Shown here: piece by piece, positions 48,573 to 58,435 of the stretch | How positions within the stretch are numbered: the first letter of the stretch is position 1 | Layout: every line of letters begins with the position of its first letter | Assembly: GCA_913043225.1 (NCBI GenBank) | Contig: CAJWLU010000001.1 | Coordinates: forward strand, 192,001 to 256,000 | DNA from: an uncultured Acidobacteriota bacterium | GTDB taxonomy: Bacteria > Acidobacteriota > Vicinamibacteria > Vicinamibacterales > UBA8438 | Length of the DNA: 64,000 bases | Reading direction: 5' to 3' | The notes under the pieces: model-generated | Database searches by the model: none | What the model saw: the letters and a program-made list of their open reading frames with translations, nothing else | Told to the model about the DNA's origin: nothing | Program-made: the position numbers and the translations under genes

Positions 48573-50279
48573 CTAATCTGGGAGCGCGAACACGAAGATC
48601 GCATTCCCGGCTCGGGGATTCTTCAACTCGGGCAACAGCGCCGCCGGAAGAATGGTGGTCCAGCTGGAGCCGCCAAGCGGCCCACCAGCTCCGAACGCGA
48701 TGTATTGCTTCCCGTCGACCGCGTAGCTGATCGGGTAGCCGTTGGCCATCTGGGTGAGCCGGCTCTGCCACAGCTCATCGCCACTCTCGACATCGTAGGC
48801 GAAAACGTAGCGCTCCCAGTCGCCGACAAAGACCAGCCCACCGGCGGTCGTGAGGGCGGCCGTGTTGTAAGGGGCCCGTCGACGGTGCTTCCACTTCGTC
48901 TCACCGGTGCGGATGTCAAGGGCTTGGAACTCGCCCAGCTGCCCCGGCGCATCCGGATGGAAATGGTCTTCGCGCCCACGAACGCCACCGGCTCCGCCGC
49001 CACCCAGGCCCTGCTCCACCGGCAGGAACGCGGCGGTTTCGCAGTTGAGATTCAGTGGGATATACATCGCGCCGGTATCCGGATGGTAGGACATCGCGCG
49101 CAGGCTCTTGAAGCCACCAGTGCTAGGGCAGAAGTAGAGCATCTCGCCGACGTCCGACACCATACCTTCCCTGTAGGTCAAGCTGCCGGTTACCGGATCG
49201 AGGTCGACAAGGTTCTGATAGCCGAGATCAAACGCGTTGGTATAGGACCCGTTCTCGCGATCAAGCTCCCAGAGGATGCCGAGCTTACCCATCGAGAAGA
49301 CCGACTGCTTCCCGTCGTAATCGATCAGGATACGCTCGAAGGTTTCGTCCATGTCGTGACTGTCGCCTGGGATGTGCTGGAAATACCACTGCATCTCGCC
49401 GGTGGCCGGATCGAGGGCCAAGGTTGAGTTGCTGTACAACGCATCGCCTTCGGTTCCTCGAGCGTCACGCGACCACGGCTTGGCCTGTGCCGTGCCGTAG
49501 AACACCAGCCCGGTGGCCGGATCGTAGCTACCGGGAATCCAGGCGTCGGCGCCGGCACGGGTCAGCAGCGGCAGGTCGCCCCAGGTATCGCCCCCACGCT
49601 CCCCGGGCCGTGCGATGGTCGAGGTTCGCCACAACACATCCCCCGTGCGCGCGTCGATCCCTACGATGTAGCAGGTGTCCTCCCGAAACCGCTCGCACCC
49701 TCGCAGCCCCGAAACGATCACGCCGTCAGCCACCACGCCACCGCTGGTAAAACCGTAGCCTTCTTCCTCTGGAGGCGCGGCCTTGGTGATCCATCGCTCG
49801 GCCCCGGTCCGTACATCGATGCCCACCACGTGCGCATCGACCGTGTTCAGCAGGACGAGGTTCTCGTAAATGGCGAGACTCCGCGTCTGCGCCGCCGGCC
49901 GGCGACGCTCGTCCATTTCATACCGGTACTCCCAGATGAAATCGCCGGTCGCCGCGTCGAGTGCCTGCACCACGTTGCCGGGATTGGCGATGAACATAAC
50001 CCCGTCGTGCACGAGCGGCGTGGTCTGTGAGATGCCCGCCTCGAGTCCCCACGACCAGGCCAGCTGTATGTTGCCGACATTGCCGGTATCGATCTCCTCG
50101 AGTGGGCTGTAGCCCCAGCCGTCCAACGTGCGACGCCAACTCAGCCAGTCGCCGTCGCCTGGATTCTCTAGCATCGCCTCGGTGACCGGAGACACGTCGG
50201 CCTCCTGGGCAGTGACGGGGATGGCCACGAGAATGGCGGCGACGGCCGCGATGCACACACGGCAGCTGAGACGAAACAT
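48573..50279 (-). CDS. PQQ-dependent alcohol/sugar dehydrogenase (ADH-type beta-propeller)
   Basis: GGAGG RBS, GDWLSWRRT, YSPLEEI, QTTP, LYSNS, DSHDMD, VDGKQYIA, VFALP. Confidence 0.9.
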   Translation of the reverse strand: MFRLSCRVCIAAVAAILVAIPVTAQEADVSPVTEAMLENPGDGDWLSWRRTLDGWGYSPLEEIDTGNVGNIQLAWSWGLEAGISQTTPLVHDGVMFIANPGNVVQALDAATGDFIWEYRYEMDERRRPAAQTRSLAIYENLVLLNTVDAHVVGIDVRTGAERWITKAAPPEEEGYGFTSGGVVADGVIVSGLRGCERFREDTCYIVGIDARTGDVLWRTSTIARPGERGGDTWGDLPLLTRAGADAWIPGSYDPATGLVFYGTAQAKPWSRDARGTEGDALYSNSTLALDPATGEMQWYFQHIPGDSHDMDETFERILIDYDGKQSVFSMGKLGILWELDRENGSYTNAFDLGYQNLVDLDPVTGSLTYREGMVSDVGEMLYFCPSTGGFKSLRAMSYHPDTGAMYIPLNLNCETAAFLPVEQGLGGGGAGGVRGREDHFHPDAPGQLGEFQALDIRTGETKWKHRRRAPYNTAALTTAGGLVFVGDWERYVFAYDVESGDELWQSRLTQMANGYPISYAVDGKQYIAFGAGGPLGGSSWTTILPAALLPELKNPRAGNAIFVFALPD

Positions 50280-50417
50280 GCTGAACCTCCCTAAGTATCG
50301 AAAGCGTGCCCGAATTGTAGCCTGTTCAGCCGACGGACTCACTGAGGACGGGAACGAGCGCCGCGACGGCCCAGACTGTACTCAGGAGAGGTGACGAGGA
50401 TCGTCGGCAAAGGTCGC

Positions 50418-51887
50418 CTACGCCAGAATGCCGCGGATCGGGTGACCGTCGACGTCGGCCAGGCGGAAGTCACGGCCGCCGAAGCGATAAGTGAGGTTAC
50501 GGTAGTCGAGGCCGAGCAGGGTGAGCACCGTGGCGTGGAGATCGCGCACGGTGTGCGAATTCTCGACCACCCGGTAGCCGTATTCGTCGGTCTGACCGTA
50601 GATGAACCCTTTCTTGAGACCGCCCCCAGCCATCCACAAACTGAAGCCGTACGGGTTGTGGTCGCGGCCGTTAGTGCCCTGCACGAACGGAGTTCGGCCG
50701 AACTCGCCCGAAAAGATGACCAACGTCTTGTCGAGCAGGCCCCTCGACTTTAGGTCCTTCACCAGCCCGGCCACCGGCTGGTCGACGGTGAGCGCGTTAG
50801 CCGTATGCCCCTCGACCAGCTTGGTGTGCTGATCCCACGGATTGGCCGCCTGCCCCATACCATCAGTGCCGACCATGGTCAGCTCCACGAAGCGGACCCC
50901 GCGCTCGACCAGGCGACGCGCCACCAGACACTGACGACCGTAGGCAGCCGTAGAAGCGTTGGACGAATCCATACCGTAGAGACGTTTGGTGACCTCGGTT
51001 TCCTGCGATAGGTCTACCAACTCTGGCACCGCCGTCTGCATCCGGTAGGCGATCTCGTAGTTGTCGATCGCCGCCTCCACCTGTGGGTCGCCACCGATCC
51101 GGTTCACGAAGGTCTGGTCCAGATCGGCGATCAAGCCAAGGCGCTTGCGCTGCTCCAGGTCGGTCTCCTGCGGCTGGACGTTGTTCAGTGGTTCGGCGTT
51201 CTCCGGATAGATGAATGAGCCCTGGTGGATGGCCGGCAGGAATCCGTTACCGTAGACGTTGACTCCGCCCAGCGGGATACCGCCGCTTCCCAGCACCACG
51301 AAGCCGGGCAGATTTTGGTTCTCGCTGCCCAGACCATAGGTAACCCAGGCGCCCATACTCGGGAACCCATTGAACGGCATCCCGGCGTGGAAATAGAAGT
51401 TGGCCTGCGCATGCTCCATGAACGGTGCCGTCATGGAGCGGATCACGGTCAGTTCGTCCGCCACGCTCCCGATGTGAGGAAACAGCGCGCTCACCGGAAT
51501 ACCGCTCTGGCCGTAGTTAGTGAAATCCCAGGGACTGGGCAGAATGTTACCGTCCTCATTGAACATCGTCCGTTCGGTCTGGAACGGCATCGGCTCACCC
51601 GCCTCTGCCGCCAGCCGCGGCTTGGGGTCGAACGAGTCGATGTGGGACAGCCCGCCGGACATATAGCAGAAGATGACGTTCTTGACCTTCGGCGCGAAGT
51701 GCGGCGGCTTGGCGGCCTGTGGCCCGTCGGTCGCCTCCTGCCTGAGACCCGCGAACGCTCCGTCAGCCATGAGCGCCTGCAACGCGAGAAATCCGAACCC
51801 GGTCGAGGTGTTGCGCAGCATCTCACGCCGAGTCTGGAACGGCCGCTGCGCCGGGTGATCGCGATGATGACGGGAATCGAAACACAT
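50418..51887 (-). CDS. DUF1501 domain protein, Tat substrate
   Basis: TRREMLR, SHIDSFDPKP, ARRLVERGVRFV, WDQH, GEFGRTP, GRDH, DLHAT. Confidence 0.92.
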   Translation of the reverse strand: MCFDSRHHRDHPAQRPFQTRREMLRNTSTGFGFLALQALMADGAFAGLRQEATDGPQAAKPPHFAPKVKNVIFCYMSGGLSHIDSFDPKPRLAAEAGEPMPFQTERTMFNEDGNILPSPWDFTNYGQSGIPVSALFPHIGSVADELTVIRSMTAPFMEHAQANFYFHAGMPFNGFPSMGAWVTYGLGSENQNLPGFVVLGSGGIPLGGVNVYGNGFLPAIHQGSFIYPENAEPLNNVQPQETDLEQRKRLGLIADLDQTFVNRIGGDPQVEAAIDNYEIAYRMQTAVPELVDLSQETEVTKRLYGMDSSNASTAAYGRQCLVARRLVERGVRFVELTMVGTDGMGQAANPWDQHTKLVEGHTANALTVDQPVAGLVKDLKSRGLLDKTLVIFSGEFGRTPFVQGTNGRDHNPYGFSLWMAGGGLKKGFIYGQTDEYGYRVVENSHTVRDLHATVLTLLGLDYRNLTYRFGGRDFRLADVDGHPIRGILA

Positions 51888-51895
51888 GACCTCGG

Positions 51896-54800
51896 CTACC
51901 TGATGAAGAGGTACTCCTTGAGGTTGAACAAGCTGTGTGCCACGTCCTGCCAAACCTCGGCGTCGTACAGCAGCAGTTCGGTCGAGGTCCCGCGCTCAAT
52001 CGCCGCGCCTTCCAGATACTCGACCAAACGAGTCCGCTCGTTCGGCGACGGCCGGCGAGTGAACGTCTTGAAATACATGTGATCCAAGCGCCCCTCAACC
52101 GTGCCGGCCTCACCCTCCGCCAGCCGGCGGCCCCACTCGGCAGCCTGGCCGATGACAAAAGGACTATTAAGCAGCGTCAGCGACTGGGCGGGCACGTTGG
52201 TCGAGTCGCGCTGCCCTCGCGTCGACGACGGTTTCGGTTGGTCGAACACCTGTAGGAACGGGTTGTAGGCGTTCCGCCGGATCTCCTGGTAGATGCTGCG
52301 GCGCCCGTCGCCGTCGACCGGACCATTGTTGGGATCCCCCTCGGTCATCCCGTGACGCTCGGCATAGTGCACCGGTACCGACGGCCCGAACAGGGTCCGG
52401 TCGAGACGGCCGGAGACCGCCAGCATCGAGTCACGGATCGCTTCGGCATCGAGCCGCCTAAGGTTCGCGTGCTGCAGCAAGCGATTATCAGGATCCCGTC
52501 CGATCGATGCAGGCGAGGCGTCGCTGCTCATTCGGTAGGTCTCGGTCGACACGAGCCGCCGGACGAGACGCTTCACCGAGTAGCCGTCATTGGCGAAATC
52601 GAGCGCTAGGGTATCCAGCAGCTCGGGATGCGACGGAGCATCGCCCAACCGGCCGAAGTTGTCGACGGTACGAACCAGACCATAGCCGAACAGATGCCGC
52701 CAGATCCGGTTCACCGCCACCCGAGCGGTAAGAGGGTTACTCGGATCGGTGATCGCCTCAGCCAGCCGGAGTCGCACCTGAGTCGGGGCCGCGTAGGGCT
52801 CTGGGTCCAACGCCGTCAGAAACGCTCTGGGCACCGGATCGCTGAAGTTCTTGTGACTCCCGCGTACGAGCAATGGGTGATCGGGCGAACCCTCTTCGAC
52901 CACGCCGGGCACCCGGCGTGCCACCGGCACGTCCCGTTCGAGCAGCCGATACGCACTGGCCCGCCCGCGGAGCGACTCGAGGGTCTCAAGCGAACGCGGC
53001 AACAGATCAGCCCGCACCGCCTCGTCCAAGAACGCGGCTTGTCGCTCGGTCAACACACCGTCACGCCAGTCGGTCACCACCGCTCGGAGCGACGCTGCGA
53101 TTGCCTCCGCCAGCTCACCAGCCGTCCGAATCTCGTCGCCGTCCGTCGCATCGAGCAAGTGCAGCAGCGGGACCTCGGTGCTCCGTGGCGTGGCCTCTCG
53201 GTCGTGGAATACCACCTGTCTCACGCCGATGGCCGACCGACCGTCACTTCGCCGGGTTGGCCGATTCGTCTCACGCTGATCCTCGGCGTCGAGCATGAAC
53301 TGGGTCACGTCGTTCTGGGTAGCGAACTCTATGTAGGCCGAGAACCCCTTCCAGAAGCTGACGTCCCACTGCACCCAGGTCATCTCGTCTCGCTTGGGAC
53401 TCGAACGGTTCTCGTAGATGCCCCCCCTGGGCACCGCGTAGTTCTCGATAATCAAGTTCGCGAAGCTGAGGTTGCCCCCAAGCATCTGGAAACTGATGAA
53501 GTCCTGGCCGATAGTGAACCGAGGGGTCTGGATCACACCCGCATGCTTGTCGCTCAGCAGGTGCGTATAAGCTCCACCCGGGTAGATCCCGTTAAGTAGG
53601 CGGTCACCCCGCCGCTCGACCACGAACTCCCCAGGCGCCGACGGCTCGTCGGGCCGCCCAGTACCATGCCCGACGGTATCGGCATAGTCGGCGCCGCTAA
53701 AGTCCCAGCCCGGAGTAAACTCGGCGGCGTTAAATCGCTTCCGCTCCTCGATCTCGCGCGTCCAGTCGGCGCGGAGCGTCGACCACGACTGCACAAAGCG
53801 GTCGGGCACCTCAGCGGCCAGTGCCTGCCACACCGCCAGCACACTGCCCTCCCTCGCACCACCCTCTTCGCTCTCGGGCGTTCCAGACCCCTCCGCGGCG
53901 CGCTCGGCTAGGACCGCTGGGACCTCATCGATCGCCGTCAGCCAGACGCTAGCCAGCCGGCGACGAATGTCTGCCTTGGACTCGGCCAAGGCGTCCCGGT
54001 TGGTGGCTAGTCGCGCCGGGGTGTCGATAGCCCGCTGCGTTGGACGAGCCCCATACAAGGTGCCGAAGAGCGAGTAGTAGTCCTTCTGGCTGATCGCGTC
54101 GAACTTGTGGTCGTGACAACGGGCACAAGACACCGTTAGGCCGAGGAACGCCTTCGACACCACGTCGACCTGATTGTCGACCCACTTCACCCGGTCTTCC
54201 CACGGGTCGACCGGCTGGTAGCCGTGCTCTACCAGCCGATAGTGGGCCGTGCCGATGACCGATTCGTTGACGCCGGCTTCAGCGTCGACTCGCGGCTCGG
54301 ACAGCAGGTCGCCCGCCAGGTGCTCTCGAATAAGCTGGTCGTAAGGAAGGTCGGCGTTAAATGCGCGGATCAGATAGTCTCGATAGCGCCACGCTTCGGG
54401 AATGTCCGGGTCGCCTTCGCTCCCATGCGACTCGCTGTAGCGGACCAGGTCCATCCAGTGCCGGGCCCAACGTTCGCCAAAGTGTGGCGAGGCAAGGAAC
54501 TGGTCCACCAGAGTCGCATAGGCGTCCGGCGCTTCGTCGGAGACAAACCGGGCCACCTCGGCGGGCGTGGGGGGCAGTCCCTGCAGGTCGAACGACAGCC
54601 GTCGAATCAGGGCTTCACGACCGACGGGCGCGGCCGGCGTCAGCCCTTCGCGGTCAAGAGTCGAACGGATGAACTGGTCGACGACGTTCCGGTTCCACGT
54701 CTGATCGGCCACCGTCGAGGGAACCGAGCGGGTCGCCGGCTGCCAGGCCCAATGGGTTTGCCGACGCTCTTCGAGATCGAATGGTGCTGATGGATCCGGC

Positions 54801-55204
54801 ATCGAGGCGGCGCCGGCGGCCGCCTCTGGCCAAAGTGCACCCCTGTCGATCCACTCGACCAGTGCCGCGATGTCCGCCTCGGCCAGCGCCCCGGTGGGCG
54901 GCATCAGCATCGGCCGGCCGTGCAGCCGCTCAACCAGCTCGCTGGCCGCCGCATCTCCGGGCACCACCGCCGGCCCCGTATCGCCTCCCGCTAGCAGCCC
55001 CTCGCGGCTGTCGAGCCGCAATCCGCCGAACGGCGTGGACGCACGTCCGCTATGACACTGGTAGCAGTTGTCGGCGAGGAGCGGCCGGATCCTGGACTCG
55101 AACAGCTCAGCCTGATCCGCGGTCGGAGACGGTTGGGCCAAGACCGGACCCGCCGCCACGACCAGTAAGCACGCGACGCGCCGTCGGAGAGGAGTGACCA
55201 ACAT
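51896..55204 (-). CDS. DUF1549/DUF1553 protein with planctomycete-type cytochrome c domain
   Basis: FESRIRPLLADNCYQCH, MPP, HWAWQP, GERWARHWMD, CARCHDHKFD, NPLTARVAVNRIW, PSHPELLD. Confidence 0.92.
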   Translation of the reverse strand: MLVTPLRRRVACLLVVAAGPVLAQPSPTADQAELFESRIRPLLADNCYQCHSGRASTPFGGLRLDSREGLLAGGDTGPAVVPGDAAASELVERLHGRPMLMPPTGALAEADIAALVEWIDRGALWPEAAAGAASMPDPSAPFDLEERRQTHWAWQPATRSVPSTVADQTWNRNVVDQFIRSTLDREGLTPAAPVGREALIRRLSFDLQGLPPTPAEVARFVSDEAPDAYATLVDQFLASPHFGERWARHWMDLVRYSESHGSEGDPDIPEAWRYRDYLIRAFNADLPYDQLIREHLAGDLLSEPRVDAEAGVNESVIGTAHYRLVEHGYQPVDPWEDRVKWVDNQVDVVSKAFLGLTVSCARCHDHKFDAISQKDYYSLFGTLYGARPTQRAIDTPARLATNRDALAESKADIRRRLASVWLTAIDEVPAVLAERAAEGSGTPESEEGGAREGSVLAVWQALAAEVPDRFVQSWSTLRADWTREIEERKRFNAAEFTPGWDFSGADYADTVGHGTGRPDEPSAPGEFVVERRGDRLLNGIYPGGAYTHLLSDKHAGVIQTPRFTIGQDFISFQMLGGNLSFANLIIENYAVPRGGIYENRSSPKRDEMTWVQWDVSFWKGFSAYIEFATQNDVTQFMLDAEDQRETNRPTRRSDGRSAIGVRQVVFHDREATPRSTEVPLLHLLDATDGDEIRTAGELAEAIAASLRAVVTDWRDGVLTERQAAFLDEAVRADLLPRSLETLESLRGRASAYRLLERDVPVARRVPGVVEEGSPDHPLLVRGSHKNFSDPVPRAFLTALDPEPYAAPTQVRLRLAEAITDPSNPLTARVAVNRIWRHLFGYGLVRTVDNFGRLGDAPSHPELLDTLALDFANDGYSVKRLVRRLVSTETYRMSSDASPASIGRDPDNRLLQHANLRRLDAEAIRDSMLAVSGRLDRTLFGPSVPVHYAERHGMTEGDPNNGPVDGDGRRSIYQEIRRNAYNPFLQVFDQPKPSSTRGQRDSTNVPAQSLTLLNSPFVIGQAAEWGRRLAEGEAGTVEGRLDHMYFKTFTRRPSPNERTRLVEYLEGAAIERGTSTELLLYDAEVWQDVAHSLFNLKEYLFIR

Positions 55205-55337
55205 GTGTAGACAGCCCGTACAGAAATCTATGCGAATCCACGTACTGTACCGCCGGCCGAGGTCGGTGGCAACCGGGGCAACCTACCCAATCGTCCCCCT
55301 GTGGTAGGGTCGACCGAGCCGTCAGTAGAGGCGTGAG

Positions 55338-55709
55338 ATGGAACAGATACGCGTGGTGACCGGCAACCTCACGGTGACGGCCACACTCAACGATTCGCCG
55401 ACCGCCGACGCCCTGTGGGCGGCGCTGCCGATCACGGGCCGCGTCCAAACCTGGGGTGACGAGATCTACTTCTCGATACCAGTTCAAGCGGAAGAAGCCG
55501 AAGACGCACAGGAAACGGTGGATAAGGGCGCCGTCGCCTTCTGGCCGCCCGGCAACGCGCTGTGCCTGTTCTGGGGGCCCACCCCGATGAGCCGTGGCGA
55601 TGAGATCCGCCCGGCCAGTAAAGTGAACGTGATCGGTCAGATCGACGGCGACCCGACGGTCCTTGCGGCCGCCGCCGACGGCGCCGCGATCAGCATCGAG
55701 CGGTCCTGA
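55338..55709 (+). CDS. cyclophilin-like fold protein (TM1367/DUF369-like)
   Basis: TADALWAALP, WGDEIYF, AFWPPGNALCLFWGPTP. Confidence 0.88.
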   Translation: MEQIRVVTGNLTVTATLNDSPTADALWAALPITGRVQTWGDEIYFSIPVQAEEAEDAQETVDKGAVAFWPPGNALCLFWGPTPMSRGDEIRPASKVNVIGQIDGDPTVLAAAADGAAISIERS

Positions 55710-55754
55710 TCGCTGAAGGTCTCTCAGCCGGACGTCGACCGGAACGACACGCGA

Positions 55755-58430
55755 ATGACTCGACCCCTCGGCCCGCTCGTCGGTCTACTCGCCGTGTGGG
55801 TATCGATCCTGCCCGTCGCCACCTTTGCACAAGGGACCACGGTCTCGATCCAGCCGTTCACCAACCTCACTGGGGACCCTCGCGACTCTTGGATTGGTGC
55901 CGGGATCGCCGAGACGCTGGCATCCGACCTGCAGGGACCAGGCTTCGAGGTGGTCCTGGGTGACCAGATGGTCGCGACGCGAGTCGTCCGTGGCGCCTAC
56001 CAGCGGCTCGGCGACCAGATTCGGATCACCGCCCGGCTCGTTGACGTTTCCACCGGCGTCGTGATCCGTGGCGCGACGATCGACGGGGTCATGCGCGACC
56101 TGTTCGACCTGCAAGACCGTCTGACGAAGGAACTGTCGGAGCCAGCCGCTCCGAGCACGCCGACGCTGCCCCCCAGGCCTCGACCCCACCTCCCTCCCTC
56201 CACGACGTCGCCTACGACTGTAGCCGTTCCAGGCCTGCCCGTGTCGTTCGACGGTCCGGCACCACCGGTCGCGCCGGCGGTGATCAGCCGGGACGACCGC
56301 GGAGGAGCGACGGTCCGGGCAGTCCGGCTCGAAGACCGGCTCGTCGTCGACGGCGCCCTCGACGAGGCGGTCTACACGACGGTGCCGTCGTTTGGCGGGT
56401 TCATCCAGATGGAGCCTGCCGCGGGAGCGCCGGCTACCGAACGCACCGAGGCGTGGGTGCTGTTCGATGACACAAATCTTTATATCGTGGCGCGGCTCTG
56501 GGATGCGGCCCCCGAGTCGGAGTGGATAGTCAACGAGATGCGACGTGACAGCAACAACCTCTCACAGAACGAGGGGGTCGCGATTCTGCTCGACACGTTC
56601 TACGACCGTCGCAACGGCAACTTCTTCACGATCAGCCCGATCGGCGGGCGGGCCGATGGTCAGGTGAGCAACGAGCGCGGATACAACCGTGACTGGAACC
56701 CGGTATGGGCGGTCGAGACCGGACGGTTCGCCGGGGGGTGGACATTCGAAGCGGCGTTCCCCTTCAAGTCGATGCGCTACCGCCCGGGACAGGAGCAGGT
56801 GTGGGGTCTGCAGCTGCGGCGGCGCGTCCGACACAAGAACGAGACCTCGTTCCTCACCACGCTGGACCCCGGGCTTGGCCAGACAGCGATCTTTCAGGTG
56901 TCGCGGTCGGCGACCCTGGTGGGCCTGGAGGCACCGGTGAGCGGCCGCGCGATCGAGATCAAGCCCTACGTCATCGGCGACCTCAGCTCGGATCTGAACG
57001 CCTCGCCGGCCATCTCAAACCGGCTGGGTGGCGATGTGGGGCTGGACCTCAAGTACGGCATCACCGAGAACCTAACGGCCGACGTCACCATCAATACCGA
57101 CTTCGCCCAGGTCGAGGCGGACGAGCAGCAGGTTAACCTCACGCGTTTCAGCCTGTTCTTCCCCGAGAAGCGCGAGTTCTTTCTCGAGAACCAGGGCACG
57201 TTCAGCTTCGGCGGCTCGTCGGGGCGGCGGGGCGACACCCCGGTGCTGTTCTACAGCCGGCGGATTGGCCTGAACCAAGGGCGGGAGGTGCCGATCGTCG
57301 CCGGGGGCCGTCTGACGGGCCGGGTCGGCCGCTTCAGCCTCGGGCTGATCAACATCCAGACTGACGACGAGCCGGTCGGCGGCGCCTTGAGCACCAACTT
57401 CATGGTGGCTCGCCTCAAACGTGACCTCCTTCGACGAAGCAGTGTCGGCGTCATCATGACCCACCGCTCGGTGCTCGCCGACGGGTCTGGCGACGGGCAG
57501 ACGTTCGGGGCCGACGCGACCTTCGCCTTTTTCGAGAACCTGACGCTGGGCGCCTACTGGGCGAGAACCCGCACCCCTGGACGGGACGGGCAGGACACGA
57601 GCTACAACGCGACCCTCCGCTACGACGGAGACCGGTACGGAGCGACCCTGGGACACCTGTTCGTCGCCCCGCAGTTCGCGCCGGCGGTCGGATTCGTCCG
57701 CCGGGACGACTTTCGCAAGAGTGACGGGTCGCTCCGGTTCAGCCCCCGTCCGCGCGGGCTCGCGGCCGTGCGCAAGTTCACCTACGAGGGCTCCTACACC
57801 TACGTCACCGATTCGGAGGACCTCGTCGAAACGCGTGAAGCCCAGGGGCTGTTCGAGACCGAATTCGAGAACAGCGACACCTTCGAGCTCAGCTACACCT
57901 CGACCTACGACTTTCTCAAGGAGGGGTTCACCATTGCGCCTGACGTCACCATTCCGGTGGGCGGCTACGACTTCTGGAACGCTCGCACAGCGTTCCGACT
58001 TGGCCAGCAACGCCGCATGTCGGGGTTGGTGTTCGCCGAACACGGCACGTTCTACGGCGGGAAGAAGACGACGATCGGGTTTGGCGGAGGTTCGTTCGGC
58101 GGACGGGTCGAACTGACCCCGCGGTTCTCATTCGAACCGGGACTGTCGTTCAACTGGATTGACTTGCCTCAGGGCAGCTTCCTGACCCGGCTCGTCACCA
58201 CCCGAACGACCTTCACCATCAGCCCGGCGATGTTCGTCGGTGCCCTCGTCCAGCACAACTCAAGCAACAACGCCCTCAGCGCGAACGTCCGGCTCCGGTG
58301 GGAATATCAGCCAGGGAGCGAGCTGTTTATCGTCTACACCGAGCAGCGCGACACCCTGGCACCGGGGGCAATCCCTCAGCTCGAGAATCGGGCACTGGTC
58401 GTCAAGATCAACGGGCTGCTGCGGTTCTGA
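55755..58430 (+). CDS. CBM9-like/DUF5916 outer-membrane protein with extra N-terminal TolB-N/FlgO-like domain
   Basis: PFTNLTGD..WIGAGIAE..RITARLVD; VDGALDE, INTDFAQVEAD, RFSLFFPEKREFFLE, FYSRRIG, C-terminal Phe. Confidence 0.85.
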   Translation: MTRPLGPLVGLLAVWVSILPVATFAQGTTVSIQPFTNLTGDPRDSWIGAGIAETLASDLQGPGFEVVLGDQMVATRVVRGAYQRLGDQIRITARLVDVSTGVVIRGATIDGVMRDLFDLQDRLTKELSEPAAPSTPTLPPRPRPHLPPSTTSPTTVAVPGLPVSFDGPAPPVAPAVISRDDRGGATVRAVRLEDRLVVDGALDEAVYTTVPSFGGFIQMEPAAGAPATERTEAWVLFDDTNLYIVARLWDAAPESEWIVNEMRRDSNNLSQNEGVAILLDTFYDRRNGNFFTISPIGGRADGQVSNERGYNRDWNPVWAVETGRFAGGWTFEAAFPFKSMRYRPGQEQVWGLQLRRRVRHKNETSFLTTLDPGLGQTAIFQVSRSATLVGLEAPVSGRAIEIKPYVIGDLSSDLNASPAISNRLGGDVGLDLKYGITENLTADVTINTDFAQVEADEQQVNLTRFSLFFPEKREFFLENQGTFSFGGSSGRRGDTPVLFYSRRIGLNQGREVPIVAGGRLTGRVGRFSLGLINIQTDDEPVGGALSTNFMVARLKRDLLRRSSVGVIMTHRSVLADGSGDGQTFGADATFAFFENLTLGAYWARTRTPGRDGQDTSYNATLRYDGDRYGATLGHLFVAPQFAPAVGFVRRDDFRKSDGSLRFSPRPRGLAAVRKFTYEGSYTYVTDSEDLVETREAQGLFETEFENSDTFELSYTSTYDFLKEGFTIAPDVTIPVGGYDFWNARTAFRLGQQRRMSGLVFAEHGTFYGGKKTTIGFGGGSFGGRVELTPRFSFEPGLSFNWIDLPQGSFLTRLVTTRTTFTISPAMFVGALVQHNSSNNALSANVRLRWEYQPGSELFIVYTEQRDTLAPGAIPQLENRALVVKINGLLRF

Positions 58431-58435
58431 GCGGG

